A stretch of 64,000 bases of DNA from Candidatus Bathyarchaeota archaeon (GCA_963807605.1 CAWECG010000001.1:480001-544000); one strand, 5' to 3'; shown: positions 1 to 11,956, numbered from the stretch's first letter. Numbers and translations are program-made. Notes: generated from the letters alone by a model not told the origin.

Positions 1-451
1 TCCAGATTTGAGTATCCAACAGACCAAGACATTGGAAGGTACAAATATCCCAAGCAGGTTGATAGATGGCGACCAAAATACAGCTGGGAGTACGGAGAAA
101 AAAGAAGAATAATCACATCAATAGAGGAGTAGATCTCTTCTAATCAGGACTGTCTCGCATAACCGCGAACTCCTACATCCGCTTTTCCGTAATGCGCGTT
201 TACGATCCTGCGATAAGGCGAGGGTTTAACTGATGTCGCTATGCTCTCCCTGCGAATACTCGCGCACTATCTTTGACACTCGTGGTTTGTATGCGGCTAT
301 GTCTCAGCCTGCTTTTTCTTAAGATCGAGAGCGCTCCGATGAGTCTTCGAGCATGATGATGAATATCAGAGACTAGCTGCGCGGTCATGAGTAGGGAATT
401 TTGAACTCGAGACATATTAATAGTATGCAAACTTAACTTAGGTTTAGTGCG

Positions 452-483
452 GGGAGTGGGATTCGCGCACCAGTTTACCAGTA
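452..483 (+). repeat. 14-bp tRNA-Leu duplication (GGGAGTGGGATTCG, 452-465) plus left terminal repeat CGCACCAGTTTACCAGTA (466-483)
   Basis: Identical to 7175-7206 and 7851-7882; the 14-mer matches tRNA-Leu at 10652-10665. Confidence 0.9.
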
Positions 484-669
484 AAAAAGCCTCCCTTGGT
501 GACAGCCCCGCACCGTTTTCGCTTCTAATCGGGCACAAAATTCGCGCAGGTTCGTACCTTGAACGGTTTGAACTTGATTCGCGAAATGCAACGCACATAT
601 AGAGACACGAGGATTGGCGGTTCATTCTATGTATGGTTAGCGCTCACTCGGAAAGATTATCAGTTCTAG

Positions 670-1167
670 CTAGACCATTATGTCCGTGCTTTCCTTAGAT
701 GTCTCAAAGACTATGCATGTCAAGGTCTTCTCAACCCCATCCATAGTTCTCAAATCATTCATCACAAAATTGCTGAGCTCATCCACATCTTTTCCTTTGA
801 GTTTGATCAGCATGTCCCAATCACCTGTGATTATATGTACTTCTTGGACTTCCGGGTGTTTCGCGACTTCCTTAGCTATTCTCCTATGAGATGTCAGTCC
901 TTCTTTGCTAGCGGGGTATGCGAATGAAGCGAAGACAAAGGCGGTTGCAGACCTATCCAAACTCTTTGGGTCTAGAATGGCCTTGTATCCCTTGATTATT
1001 CCGAGTTCCTCCATCTTCCTAACTCTGGCATACGCCGTGGTTACTGGGCCCCCTGTTTCTTCTGCGATATCTTTTGATGATAGGCGCCCATTTGATTGGA
1101 GTAATCTCAATATTGCCCTTTGTTTATCGTCAAGATGCATGATTGTATATTTTACATATTCTATCAT
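670..1167 (-). CDS. Lrp/AsnC family transcriptional regulator (start possibly 1140)
   Basis: LDDKQRAILRLLQSNGRLS HTH; EVHIITGDWDMLIK RAM domain; divergent from the dehydrogenase operon. Confidence 0.92.
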   Translation of the reverse strand: MIEYVKYTIMHLDDKQRAILRLLQSNGRLSSKDIAEETGGPVTTAYARVRKMEELGIIKGYKAILDPKSLDRSATAFVFASFAYPASKEGLTSHRRIAKEVAKHPEVQEVHIITGDWDMLIKLKGKDVDELSNFVMNDLRTMDGVEKTLTCIVFETSKESTDIMV

Positions 1168-1247
1168 AATATTCTTACGTTTTTTGATTTTTTGTTAATT
1201 TTTTTGAAATATTGTTTAAGAGTCACGTCCAATCATAGAGAGAGAAC

Positions 1248-3215
1248 ATGACGGCCCAATGTCTCGGTAACGATACAGATCTTGTTAGGCTCTTTGAGAC
1301 GATGCTGAAGATACGGTGTTTCGAGGAGAAAGTTGCCAAATTATATCTTCAAGGAGATTCCATTGTTGGGCCCCTTCATCTATATGCTGGACAGGAAGCT
1401 GTAGCTGTCGGCGTGTGTTCTAACCTGAGAAGATCTGACTATATAGTCAGCAACCATCGGGGACACGGACATTGCATCGCCAAAGGCGCCAGACTAGACA
1501 AAATGATGGCTGAACTTCTCGGAAAAGAGACGGGCTATAACAAGGGCAGAAGCTCCTCAATGCACGTGATGTCCGCGGATCTCGGGATACTTGGGACAAG
1601 TAGCGTAGTGGCCGCGGGTATGCCAATCGCTGCGGGTATCGGCCTATCGATAAAATTGAGAAGAACTGACCAAGTAGTTGTCTCATTCTTTGGTGACGGT
1701 GCTTCAAACAACGGAAATTTCCATGAAAGTCTAAACCTCGCCGCAATTTGGAAACTGCCAACAATCTTTGTTTGCGAGAACAATATGTACGCAGTTTCTA
1801 CACCAACATACAACTCGACCTCTGTCAAAGACATCAGTGTTAGAGCCTCTGCATACAATATTCCAGGTTTTACTGTAAACGGAATGGACGTTCTTGAGGT
1901 CGCCAAGGTTGTAGGCGAGGCGGTTGAGCGGGCTAGAAAAGACGGCGGACCAACTTTGATCGAGTGCAAAACCTATCGTTTCAGAGCTCACGGTGAGGGG
2001 GAGACACTCAAATACAGAGCCGATAATGAAATCCAAAAATGGAAAGAACGATGTCCTATCCGTACTCTGAGAGAAAGACTTCTTAACGAAAAAAACCTCA
2101 GTGAAGAAAAAGCAAATCATATTGAACAAGAGATCAGGGCACAAGTCGATGATGCAGTTCGATTCGCCGAAGAAAGTCCTTTTCCACAAATCTCTATTGA
2201 AGAAGTTGAAAAGATATCACAGGCCAATCCGGAATTTCAGACTACGAGAGAGATTACGTTTATCGAGGCTTTACGTGAGGCTCTTCGTGAAGAGATGAGA
2301 CGGGACGAAGCCGTCTTCTTATTGGGCGAAGATATTAGGTACGCTCTTTGGGGAGTAACGAAAGGCCTTGTAGACGAATTTGGGAAAGAAAGAGTCCGAG
2401 ACACTCCAATATCTGAGAATACGATAATAGGTGTTGCTTTAGGTTCGGCAATGACCGGAATGCGCCCAGTCGCAGAAATTATGTTTGTGGACTTTTTGCC
2501 TTTATGCATGGATCAAATAGTGAATCAAGCAGCAAAGGTCAGATTTCTATCAGCAAATCAGCTCAATGCACCAATGGTTATAAGATCACCAATCGGTCTA
2601 GGCAGATCAGCTGGACCACAGCACTCTCAAAGCTTCCTATCATGGTTCATGCATGTTCCCGGTATCAAAATTGTAGCACCATCAACTCCACGCGATGCAA
2701 AAGGCCTACTGAAGACAGCGATTAGACAGAATGACCCAGTACTTTTTGTCGAAGCACTATCGCTCTATGGAGTTAGAGGCCCTGTTCCCGAAGAAGAGTA
2801 CACGATTCCCTTCGGCAAAGCAGATGTCAAGAAAGTCGGTGAAGATGTGACTCTCATCGGCATCTCTACAATGATCCCAAAAGCTATCGCGGCCTGCGAA
2901 AAATTGACAAAGAAAGGCATCAACGTCGAGCTGATTGATCCGCGAACCTTATCACCGCTTGATAAGCGAACCATGATAGATTCTGTTAAGAAGACGGGCA
3001 GACTCGTAGTGGCGGAACCTGAATGCAAAATTTGTGGTGTTGGTTCCGAAATTGCAGCTATCATGTCTGAAGAAGCGATCGATTATTTAGACGCACCTAT
3101 AAAACGAGTTGCAGTTCGTGATTCACCGATACCTTGCAGCCCTTCACTGGAGAGATACATCATTCCAAATGAAAATGACATAATGAAGGCGGTTGTTGAA
3201 ATAACCCACAGTTAG
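1248..3215 (+). CDS. 2-oxoacid/acetoin dehydrogenase E1, fused alpha+beta subunits
   Basis: HLYAGQEA, TPP motif GDGA..NN, TYRFRAH; beta part GEDI, DTPISE, GPQHSQ. Confidence 0.95.
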   Translation: MTAQCLGNDTDLVRLFETMLKIRCFEEKVAKLYLQGDSIVGPLHLYAGQEAVAVGVCSNLRRSDYIVSNHRGHGHCIAKGARLDKMMAELLGKETGYNKGRSSSMHVMSADLGILGTSSVVAAGMPIAAGIGLSIKLRRTDQVVVSFFGDGASNNGNFHESLNLAAIWKLPTIFVCENNMYAVSTPTYNSTSVKDISVRASAYNIPGFTVNGMDVLEVAKVVGEAVERARKDGGPTLIECKTYRFRAHGEGETLKYRADNEIQKWKERCPIRTLRERLLNEKNLSEEKANHIEQEIRAQVDDAVRFAEESPFPQISIEEVEKISQANPEFQTTREITFIEALREALREEMRRDEAVFLLGEDIRYALWGVTKGLVDEFGKERVRDTPISENTIIGVALGSAMTGMRPVAEIMFVDFLPLCMDQIVNQAAKVRFLSANQLNAPMVIRSPIGLGRSAGPQHSQSFLSWFMHVPGIKIVAPSTPRDAKGLLKTAIRQNDPVLFVEALSLYGVRGPVPEEEYTIPFGKADVKKVGEDVTLIGISTMIPKAIAACEKLTKKGINVELIDPRTLSPLDKRTMIDSVKKTGRLVVAEPECKICGVGSEIAAIMSEEAIDYLDAPIKRVAVRDSPIPCSPSLERYIIPNENDIMKAVVEITHS

Positions 3216-3291
3216 TGTTTGTTCCGAGTAACTCACACCAATCATAGCATTAAGATGATGACATTCCGCACGCGCTTGGAGGACAAGAAGA

Positions 3292-4494
3292 ATGGTGACA
3301 GAAATAAAAATGCCAAGATATGGTTGGACGATGACCGAAGGTAAGATTGTTAGGTGGTTGAAGAGAGAGGGCGACCCAATAAAAAGTGGGGAGGCCATAT
3401 TCGAGATAGAAACTGAAAAGGTTGAGACAGAGGTTGAAGCCGTAGCCTCGGGAATACTCTCCAAGATTCTGGTATCAGAGGGGACTGTAGTTTCAGTCGG
3501 TCAACCGATCGGGATAATTTCTGAATCTGGAGAGGAACTGCCTTCGATATCTCCCACTATGGGAGATTTGGAAGTTGAACCGAGAACAACAGAAGCAGCA
3601 CCCTCACACGAGTGTGATACAAAACCCCAACCAAAAAGGGAACTAAGAGTATCGCCGCTAGCCAAGCGACTCGCAGAACAGCATGGCATAGACATTAATA
3701 TGATCAATGGATCGGGGCCCGAAGGAAGAATAGTTAAAGAAGACATCTTGAAAGCAGCTGAACTTCAAAAGAAAGGCTTGGAAATTGGACCGAAACAGGA
3801 ACTTCGTGAGAAGATAATACCTCTGACAGGTACTAGAAAGGTAATCGCAGATCGAATGGCGCAAAGTGCAAAGGCTACGGCACGTGTTTTATACACTATA
3901 GAAGTCGACATGTCCAGAACCGTAAAGCTCCGCCAATCTCTCTTGGAAGAAATTGAAGAAAAAGCGAAGGTACACCTGTCGTTAACAGACATAATTGTAA
4001 AAGCAGTCGCCAAGGCCCTAGAGCAACATCCGATAATGAACTCTATCCTTCTAGAAGATGGGATACATCTAATCGAAGACATCAACATAGGAGTTGCCGT
4101 AGCCTTAGAAGATAACCTGCTGGTGCCCGTAGTGCATAACGCAAGCAAGAAATCACTACTTGAGATCGCCACCCAGTTGACTACTTTGGTTGAGCAAGCA
4201 GAAAAAGGGGAACTTAGTGCTAAAGAGACTACTAGAGGAACATTCACGATTACTAACCCGGGCATGCTTGGAATCGATATACAAATGCCTGTGATCAATA
4301 CGCCTGAAAACTCAATACTCGGCATTGGGACCTTGTGGGATAAACCTGTGGCCGAAAATGACCGAATAGTCATCAGACCAATGATGAGGTTGAATCTAGT
4401 CTTCGACCATCGAGTTATCGACGGTGCCCCCGCAGCCAAATTCCTTCAAACACTGAAGAGCATCCTTGAGAACCCTGACAACCTGCTTCAATGA
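3292..4494 (+). CDS. Dihydrolipoamide acyltransferase E2
   Basis: Lipoyl domain EIETEKV, E3-binding SPLAKRLA..GSGPEGRI, catalytic DHRVIDG. Confidence 0.95.
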   Translation: MVTEIKMPRYGWTMTEGKIVRWLKREGDPIKSGEAIFEIETEKVETEVEAVASGILSKILVSEGTVVSVGQPIGIISESGEELPSISPTMGDLEVEPRTTEAAPSHECDTKPQPKRELRVSPLAKRLAEQHGIDINMINGSGPEGRIVKEDILKAAELQKKGLEIGPKQELREKIIPLTGTRKVIADRMAQSAKATARVLYTIEVDMSRTVKLRQSLLEEIEEKAKVHLSLTDIIVKAVAKALEQHPIMNSILLEDGIHLIEDINIGVAVALEDNLLVPVVHNASKKSLLEIATQLTTLVEQAEKGELSAKETTRGTFTITNPGMLGIDIQMPVINTPENSILGIGTLWDKPVAENDRIVIRPMMRLNLVFDHRVIDGAPAAKFLQTLKSILENPDNLLQ

Positions 4495-4537
4495 CATCGG
4501 ACTTTCAATACGTATCTAAGGTAGTTGACATTCAGGG

Positions 4538-5296
4538 TTGGAAATTTGGCGTTTGCTAGATCAAGAGTATGATGACCCTTTCATGAACATGGCTGTCGAA
4601 GAAGCGATTCCAAGAACAGTTGGGAGGGGGATAGTGCCCTGCACATTGAGACTTTGGAGGAATTCGAACGCGGTAGTCGTTGGAAATTTTCAGTCGGTCA
4701 ATCTTGAGGTCAATCTTGACGCTTGTAAGAGATACGACACTCAGATAGTCAGGCGATTCACAGGCGGGGGATCGGTGTATCAGGATCGCGGAAACCTAAA
4801 TTATGCCATCTCAATACCTGCGGATCACAGACTAGTGCCACCAACGGATCCTATTAGAGCATTCAGACACTTCTCAGAGGGGGTTCTTCAGAGCTTAAGA
4901 ATCTTAGGGCTGAGTCCCAAAATCAAATCTCTCAATAGTATAGAGGTTAACGAGAAGAAGCTATGTGGTGCAGCAGGGTCGATAAGATGGGGAACATTGT
5001 TCCATCATTCGTCAATAATCGTGTGCTCTAACCTTGATATCCTTAACCACATCCTGAGATCAGACGATTATGCATTCACACAATATGTCAAAAGTTCTAG
5101 AAAGCCTGTAACTACGATTTCAAAAGAGATTAACAGGCCTATTGCCACTGGTGAGGTTTCGGACATATTGGTCAGATGCTTTGGAGAGATCTTTGGTGTC
5201 AAACTGTGGCATGGAGCTTTGACGAAGAAAGAAAAGAAACTAGCTGATGAACTCTATGAGCGTTGTTCAAGTCATCGGTGGAATTTCAAGATGTAG
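4538..5296 (+). CDS. lplA: Lipoate-protein ligase A family
   Basis: NMAVEEAI, VRRFTGGGSVYQD, KKLCG motifs; operon context. Confidence 0.88.
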   Translation: MEIWRLLDQEYDDPFMNMAVEEAIPRTVGRGIVPCTLRLWRNSNAVVVGNFQSVNLEVNLDACKRYDTQIVRRFTGGGSVYQDRGNLNYAISIPADHRLVPPTDPIRAFRHFSEGVLQSLRILGLSPKIKSLNSIEVNEKKLCGAAGSIRWGTLFHHSSIIVCSNLDILNHILRSDDYAFTQYVKSSRKPVTTISKEINRPIATGEVSDILVRCFGEIFGVKLWHGALTKKEKKLADELYERCSSHRWNFKM

Positions 5297-5376
5297 TCCA
5301 AAAAATTAGGGAATAGAAAGCATAGGAAGGCACTGAATTCATGATTCATCTATCCGAAGGAGTTACCTGATAAGTT

Positions 5377-6795
5377 ATGCGGCCAATTCTTGGACCTTAC
5401 GACGTAGCGGTGATCGGCGCTGGACCAGGAGGATACACAGCTGCGATCAGAGCAGCCCAATTCAAAGCGAAAGTCATTCTGATAGAGGAGAAGAAGATCG
5501 GAGGGATCTGCACTAATACTGGATGTATTCCAACCAAGACACTCTTGAATTTTGTTGAATTACTATCTGAAATAAGAAAGGCTGAGAGCTTAGGTCTACC
5601 AAATGACAAAATAGCTGTAGATCTGTCGTCGCTTATTCGCAGAAAAAATGAAGTTGTGACGAGACTTATCCAAGGAATTGAGTTTCTTCTGCAAAGTAAT
5701 GGTATCAAGACAATCTTCGGACGAGGATCCTTAACCAGCGACAGGAGGATAGAGGTTAAACAAAGCGATGGTAACAAACTGACGATAGATGCTCACAAAA
5801 TAATCATAGCTACAGGCTCCAAACCGGCAAGACCTCTTATCCCGGGACTGGAGGACAAGGCCATAGTTTTTGATGAAGATGCATTAAATTTCGGTGAGAT
5901 TCCGTCAAAGCTTGCGATAGCGGGAGGAGGTCCTGAAGGCATCGAATTTGCCCACATATATTCCCAGCTAGGATCAGAGGTCACCATATTTGAGATGATG
6001 CCGCATATACTGCCAAGAGAGGATCGTGAGATTGCTGAATATATTCAACGTAAGATGGTGCAAGAGGGCTTCAAAGTGGAAACCGACACCGAAGTCGTAA
6101 AAGTAGAGGATTCAGCAGGGCTCAAAAGGATTCATGTTCAAACTAGAGGACAAAAGAAGACTATAGAGGCTGAGAAATTCTTGGTTACACTTGGCAGAAT
6201 ACCATTCATAGAGAATCTTGGATTAGAGGAACTAGGAGTGAGAATTGTCGATGGCAAGATTGCAGTCAACGAGAAAATGGAGACGAATATTACAGATGTC
6301 TATGCCATTGGTGATGCCTCCGGAGGAGCTTACGCCCACGAAGCAATGGAAGGAGGAATCGTCGCAGCAGAGAACGCTGTGAAAAAGGAAAACGATTCAA
6401 AGACGAATTGGAGCATTATCCCAAGATGTCTTTACACCGTACCCCAAATTGCGGCGGTAGGCTTAACAGAGGAAGAGGCTAAGAAGCTGGGAGTTAATGT
6501 CAAAGTTGGGCGATTCTACTTTGCTGCCAACGCCAGAGCACTGACAATGAATAACACCGAAGGCTTGGTGAAAATGGTGACCGACGCTGAATCACAAGAA
6601 ATACTTGGAGTGCACATAGTCGGACCAAATGCTTCAGAAATCATCGCTGAAGCAGCACTTGCAATGAAGCTCGAAGCAACCCCTAAAGATATTGCGGAGA
6701 CGATGCATGCTCATCCAACTCTCTCTGAGGCACTCAGAGAAGCCGCAATGGATGTTAACGGAGATTCAATACATAAATTTAAGAGACATTCTTAG
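5377..6795 (+). CDS. lpdA: Dihydrolipoyl dehydrogenase E3
   Basis: GAGPGG, GGICTNTGCIPTK redox disulfide, HAHPTLSE. Confidence 0.95.
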   Translation: MRPILGPYDVAVIGAGPGGYTAAIRAAQFKAKVILIEEKKIGGICTNTGCIPTKTLLNFVELLSEIRKAESLGLPNDKIAVDLSSLIRRKNEVVTRLIQGIEFLLQSNGIKTIFGRGSLTSDRRIEVKQSDGNKLTIDAHKIIIATGSKPARPLIPGLEDKAIVFDEDALNFGEIPSKLAIAGGGPEGIEFAHIYSQLGSEVTIFEMMPHILPREDREIAEYIQRKMVQEGFKVETDTEVVKVEDSAGLKRIHVQTRGQKKTIEAEKFLVTLGRIPFIENLGLEELGVRIVDGKIAVNEKMETNITDVYAIGDASGGAYAHEAMEGGIVAAENAVKKENDSKTNWSIIPRCLYTVPQIAAVGLTEEEAKKLGVNVKVGRFYFAANARALTMNNTEGLVKMVTDAESQEILGVHIVGPNASEIIAEAALAMKLEATPKDIAETMHAHPTLSEALREAAMDVNGDSIHKFKRHS

Positions 6796-7025
6796 ATCAA
6801 AGTACAAGAACTATTTTGCATATTCGATCCCACTGGTAAACTGGGATACAAACAGAATCACCGACCAGACTCAGCCTCAACTGGTTTCATCTCTAGCAAG
6901 ACATGCAGACTGATGACTCCAAGAGATTAGGGGGCTCTTTCCCTAAACGATAGCGCACGCTTGAGATTATGGGTATTATTAAGCGTGCCCACAAGTTTTG
7001 TCGATACGCGTTTTTTGATAATTAA

Positions 7026-7136
7026 GAGGTTGCTGAATAAATGATCAACGATGATGAAGACCGTGTCTTTGTGACAGACGGGAAAGGAAAGCTTCTCGGA
7101 GTAATTGCGAGCATCGATGTGTCTAGGAAATATTAG
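7026..7136 (+). pseudogene. CBS-domain remnant
   Basis: Manual translation EVAE*MINDDEDRVFVTDGKGKLLGVIASIDVSRKY*, with an internal stop; lies just inside the right end of E1. Confidence 0.55.
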
Positions 7137-7161
7137 AACTCTCTTCATAAAGCCCGTGCCA

Positions 7162-7206
7162 GTAAATTGGTGCGGGGAGTGGGATTCGCGCACCAGTTTA
7201 CCAGTA
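7162..7206 (+). repeat. Cassette junction: right TIR (7162-7174) + 14-bp duplication (7175-7188) + left TIR (7189-7206)
   Basis: GTAAATTGGTGCG-GGGAGTGGGATTCG-CGCACCAGTTTACCAGTA, identical to 7838-7882. Confidence 0.92.
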
Positions 7207-7362
7207 CATATAAATAAATTTCGGACTATAAACCATTCTAGCTGTCAAGGCTTTGCAACCACTGTGATGACGATGCGGTAGAACTGCGAAATCTCCAACC
7301 AGCCTAACTCGTCTAATCAACGTTTACAAGTTAGCATGAGGCCCTATTGTCATCAACGTTGA

Positions 7363-7443
7363 TTGTCTACCGCTCATAGAACAGGATGTGTCATTTGCGG
7401 CGAAGAATTGACATACGAAATAGATTACAGTCAGCTAGAGTGA
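7363..7443 (+). pseudogene. Short Cys-motif gene fragment (resembles the N-terminus of DUF5714-type proteins)
   Basis: HRTGCVICGEELTYEIDYSQLE* by manual translation. Confidence 0.35.
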
Positions 7444-7452
7444 GGGTGAAGC

Positions 7453-7779
7453 TTGTTGGATAGTGCTTTGTCGAATGATGTAGAAGCTCGTCAATTGGAT
7501 GTTACCGTCTATACAAAAAAGAATTGTTCAAGATGTGAGGCGCTGAAAGCTTTTCTTGATAAGCATAACATTCCATACAAAGAGAAAGACATACTCAACG
7601 ACGAGGTTGCTAGGGAACTTCTCGGATCAGAGTACATACGAAAAAATTTCTGTGATGAGAAAGGCTGCATAGCGATAACGCCCATCGTTAAGTTAGATGG
7701 AAGCTGGATGTACAAGGAATTCTTCGATGTTGGGGGATTCTCTGAAAAAAGAGCTATGAAGATCTTCAATCTCGTTTGA
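7453..7779 (+). CDS. Glutaredoxin-domain protein
   Basis: VTVYTKKNCSRC..LKAFLDKHNIPYKE, cis-Pro motif TP. Confidence 0.85.
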   Translation: MLDSALSNDVEARQLDVTVYTKKNCSRCEALKAFLDKHNIPYKEKDILNDEVARELLGSEYIRKNFCDEKGCIAITPIVKLDGSWMYKEFFDVGGFSEKRAMKIFNLV

Positions 7780-7837
7780 ACTTATGGCCATACTTGAGGA
7801 AGAAGGGTTAGGTTAAATGATGGTTAAATGATTGTGA

Positions 7838-7882
7838 GTAAATTGGTGCGGGGAGTGGGATTCGCGCACCAGTTTACCAGTA
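7838..7882 (+). repeat. Cassette junction: right TIR + 14-bp duplication + left TIR
   Basis: Exact copy of 7162-7206. Confidence 0.92.
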
Positions 7883-7942
7883 CAACCAACTTACCAGTTT
7901 AATCCTCGCCTCATAACGGGAGCTCGTTTACCAAAAGGATTT

Positions 7943-7963
7943 GCGGGTTCGAATCCCGCCCGG
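7943..7963 (+). repeat. tRNA T-arm/acceptor fragment (GCGGGTTCGAATCCCGCCCGG)
   Basis: 20/21 match to the 3' part of the tRNA-Glu at 53464-53586. Confidence 0.6.
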
Positions 7964-8160
7964 TCATATTCATCATTTCAAGTTTATGGATTATTTGGTC
8001 TAGAATAAATTCAATATTATTTTAGAAGTTCTTCAAAGTAGAGACTCATTTCATTCTGCGATCTTCTAGATTTGCTCATTCCTAAAGGAATATATAACGC
8101 AGTTATATATTAATAGTACCTGGGATATTTGAGCGGCAAAAAGGACGTTGGAAAGAATCA

Positions 8161-10448
<2,288 letters not shown>

Positions 10449-10510
10449 AAATCCCCTATGAGATCAGTGAAGTACTGTACTTCTGGGAAGCTGACATACT
10501 TCTTTTTCTG

Positions 10511-10642
10511 TTGTGTGTATATGCCCTAATAGTCATAGGTTTCGGCAACGTCGGTAGATCATTTCTGACCATGATAACAGAGGAGAAGGAGAAAATCGCC
10601 AAGAAATTCAATTCTGAACTGAAAACCGTGGCGCGCTGGTAA
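10511..10642 (+). pseudogene. hom: Homoserine dehydrogenase N-terminal fragment
   Basis: ALIVIGFGNVGRSFLTMITEEKEKIAKKFNSELKTVA, then GCGCGC, the TIR and a stop; follows metY as expected. Confidence 0.75.
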
Positions 10643-10644
10643 AT

Positions 10645-10781
10645 TGGTGCGGGGAGTGGGATTCGAACCCACGAAGGCCTACGCCACAGGGTATCCTAGG
10701 TATATCTTGATACCCCCTAAGCTTGACACATCGCGTCATCCGCGATGCCCTGCCCCTTAGGCCAGACTCGGGTATCCCCGC
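10645..10781 (-). tRNA. tRNA-Leu(UAG) with two introns (~26 nt in the anticodon stem 5' strand; 23 nt at 37/38)
   Basis: Acceptor stem GCGGGGA/TCCCCGC-ACCA, T-arm GTGGG TTCGAAT CCCAC, long variable arm; spliced anticodon arm CAGGG CT TAG GA CCCTG; BHB fold for the 37/38 intron. Confidence 0.9.
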
Positions 10782-10938
10782 CCGTGCCAATCGATCTAAC
10801 TGACAGCAATCACGTTATATCTTTATCCCGCAATCGAAGACGGTCGCAAGATCATATTTCCGATAAGTTTGATTAGTTGCTTCTAGATTAATTCTACCAC
10901 CTAAGCCTTCCCAGAAACCGGAAAGAGCCTATGTTGAG

Positions 10939-11235
10939 GTGAGAGTCTTGAGCCGAACCCGCAATGAGGACAGGTTTGAGAGCAATTATCTCACTGCCTT
11001 CAGCAACGTGGTAGCCTCGGACATCAAGATCAGAATTGTCTTGTGCCTGAACAAGACGGAGAAAGGCTCATCCAAGGAGGAGTTTCTTAAGACCTCTCTC
11101 GCTGGAAACGAAGGGATCTTTGAATACAATATCAACGAACTTATCAGATCAGGAGTCGTATCATCCGATTCGCCTTACATGCTGACAAAACTTGGAGAAG
11201 TTGTAGCCAAGAATCTACGACAGGTAATACCGTAA
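10939..11235 (+). CDS. Winged-helix (ArsR-like) domain protein
   Basis: IKIRIVLCL...YNINELIRSGVV...YMLTKLG wHTH pattern. Confidence 0.65.
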   Translation: MRVLSRTRNEDRFESNYLTAFSNVVASDIKIRIVLCLNKTEKGSSKEEFLKTSLAGNEGIFEYNINELIRSGVVSSDSPYMLTKLGEVVAKNLRQVIP

Positions 11236-11314
11236 GACAAAACGTTTGCAATCTGTATTACATTTTTACCGTAGAGCATTTATCACTCTGGTATGCAGGG
11301 CGCACGCGTTGCCC

Positions 11315-11956
11315 TCACCTTACCTTGAATTCGCAACCTAGCTTCTCAGCAATTCTCTCACATTTGGAAATGCCTACGCCCTCAACCTCTACAACTGTCA
11401 ATATGACTTCAGACAGGACTATCTTGCAGTCTCTAGCGAAGTCAAGGACAGCTTGATAGACTCCTGCCAGTGAAGGACTGCAAATCACATCGTATTTCTC
11501 TGAACTTTCGGCATTAAGACTTATCGAGACCGAGTCGATACCAGCATCCTTCAGTTCCGCTGCCACATTCCTCTCCTTATTGATTAGTTGGCCCAGCCCG
11601 TTTGTATTCAAACGGACTTTCAGGCGCGGATATTTCGATCTTATCCTTCGAGTAACCTCAAGGACTATGTCCAATCTTATTGTCGGCTCTCCAAATCCAC
11701 ACCAAACCACTTCCTTATCTGACTCTTTCACCTCATCTTGGAGACCTTTCCAAACCTCATCAACCATCGGTTCCCTGTCGAGTCGCAATCTATAGCCAGA
11801 TAGACCGTCAGAGTGGTTCTTGACACAAAAGGAACATCTGTTTGTGCAACGATTTGTTATGTTCAGATAGATAGTGTCAGGCTTGGGGTCATATCTGTAT
11901 ACGATGCAACCGCCAAGGATGCTTGATTCGTTGGAATTCATTGAACGGATAGTCAT
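11315..11956 (-). CDS. TatD-associated radical SAM protein
   Basis: YLNITNRCTNRCSFC, VVWCGFGEPTIRL, VRLNTNG. Confidence 0.9.
   Translation of the reverse strand: MTIRSMNSNESSILGGCIVYRYDPKPDTIYLNITNRCTNRCSFCVKNHSDGLSGYRLRLDREPMVDEVWKGLQDEVKESDKEVVWCGFGEPTIRLDIVLEVTRRIRSKYPRLKVRLNTNGLGQLINKERNVAAELKDAGIDSVSISLNAESSEKYDVICSPSLAGVYQAVLDFARDCKIVLSEVILTVVEVEGVGISKCERIAEKLGCEFKVR

Larger units (their letters stand above)
466..7174. mobile_element. TIR-bounded cassette E1 (Lrp regulator + 2-oxoacid dehydrogenase operon), non-autonomous
   Basis: Begins CGCACCAGTTTAC, ends GTAAATTGGTGCG, flanked by identical 14-bp direct repeats; no integrase or transposase inside. Confidence 0.7.
7189..7850. mobile_element. 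TIR-bounded cassette E2 (glutaredoxin-like gene)
   Basis: Same termini and same flanking 14-bp repeats as E1. Confidence 0.7.

Noticed and set aside
1-132. 3' end of a gene entering the window
   Set aside because: Two + frames are open (to 112 and 132) and neither has a recognisable motif; cannot choose between them.
239-625. 128-aa minus-strand ORF
   Set aside because: Runs across the repeat junction; no motif; likely spurious.
6927-7193. 88-aa ORF MRESHSPHQF (also 10608-10790)
   Set aside because: These are translations of the tRNA or repeat sequence.
452-7882. Canonical CRISPR array
   Set aside because: The repeats are tRNA-derived, the intervals are 0.6-6.7 kb and no cas genes are present; reported as a cassette array instead.
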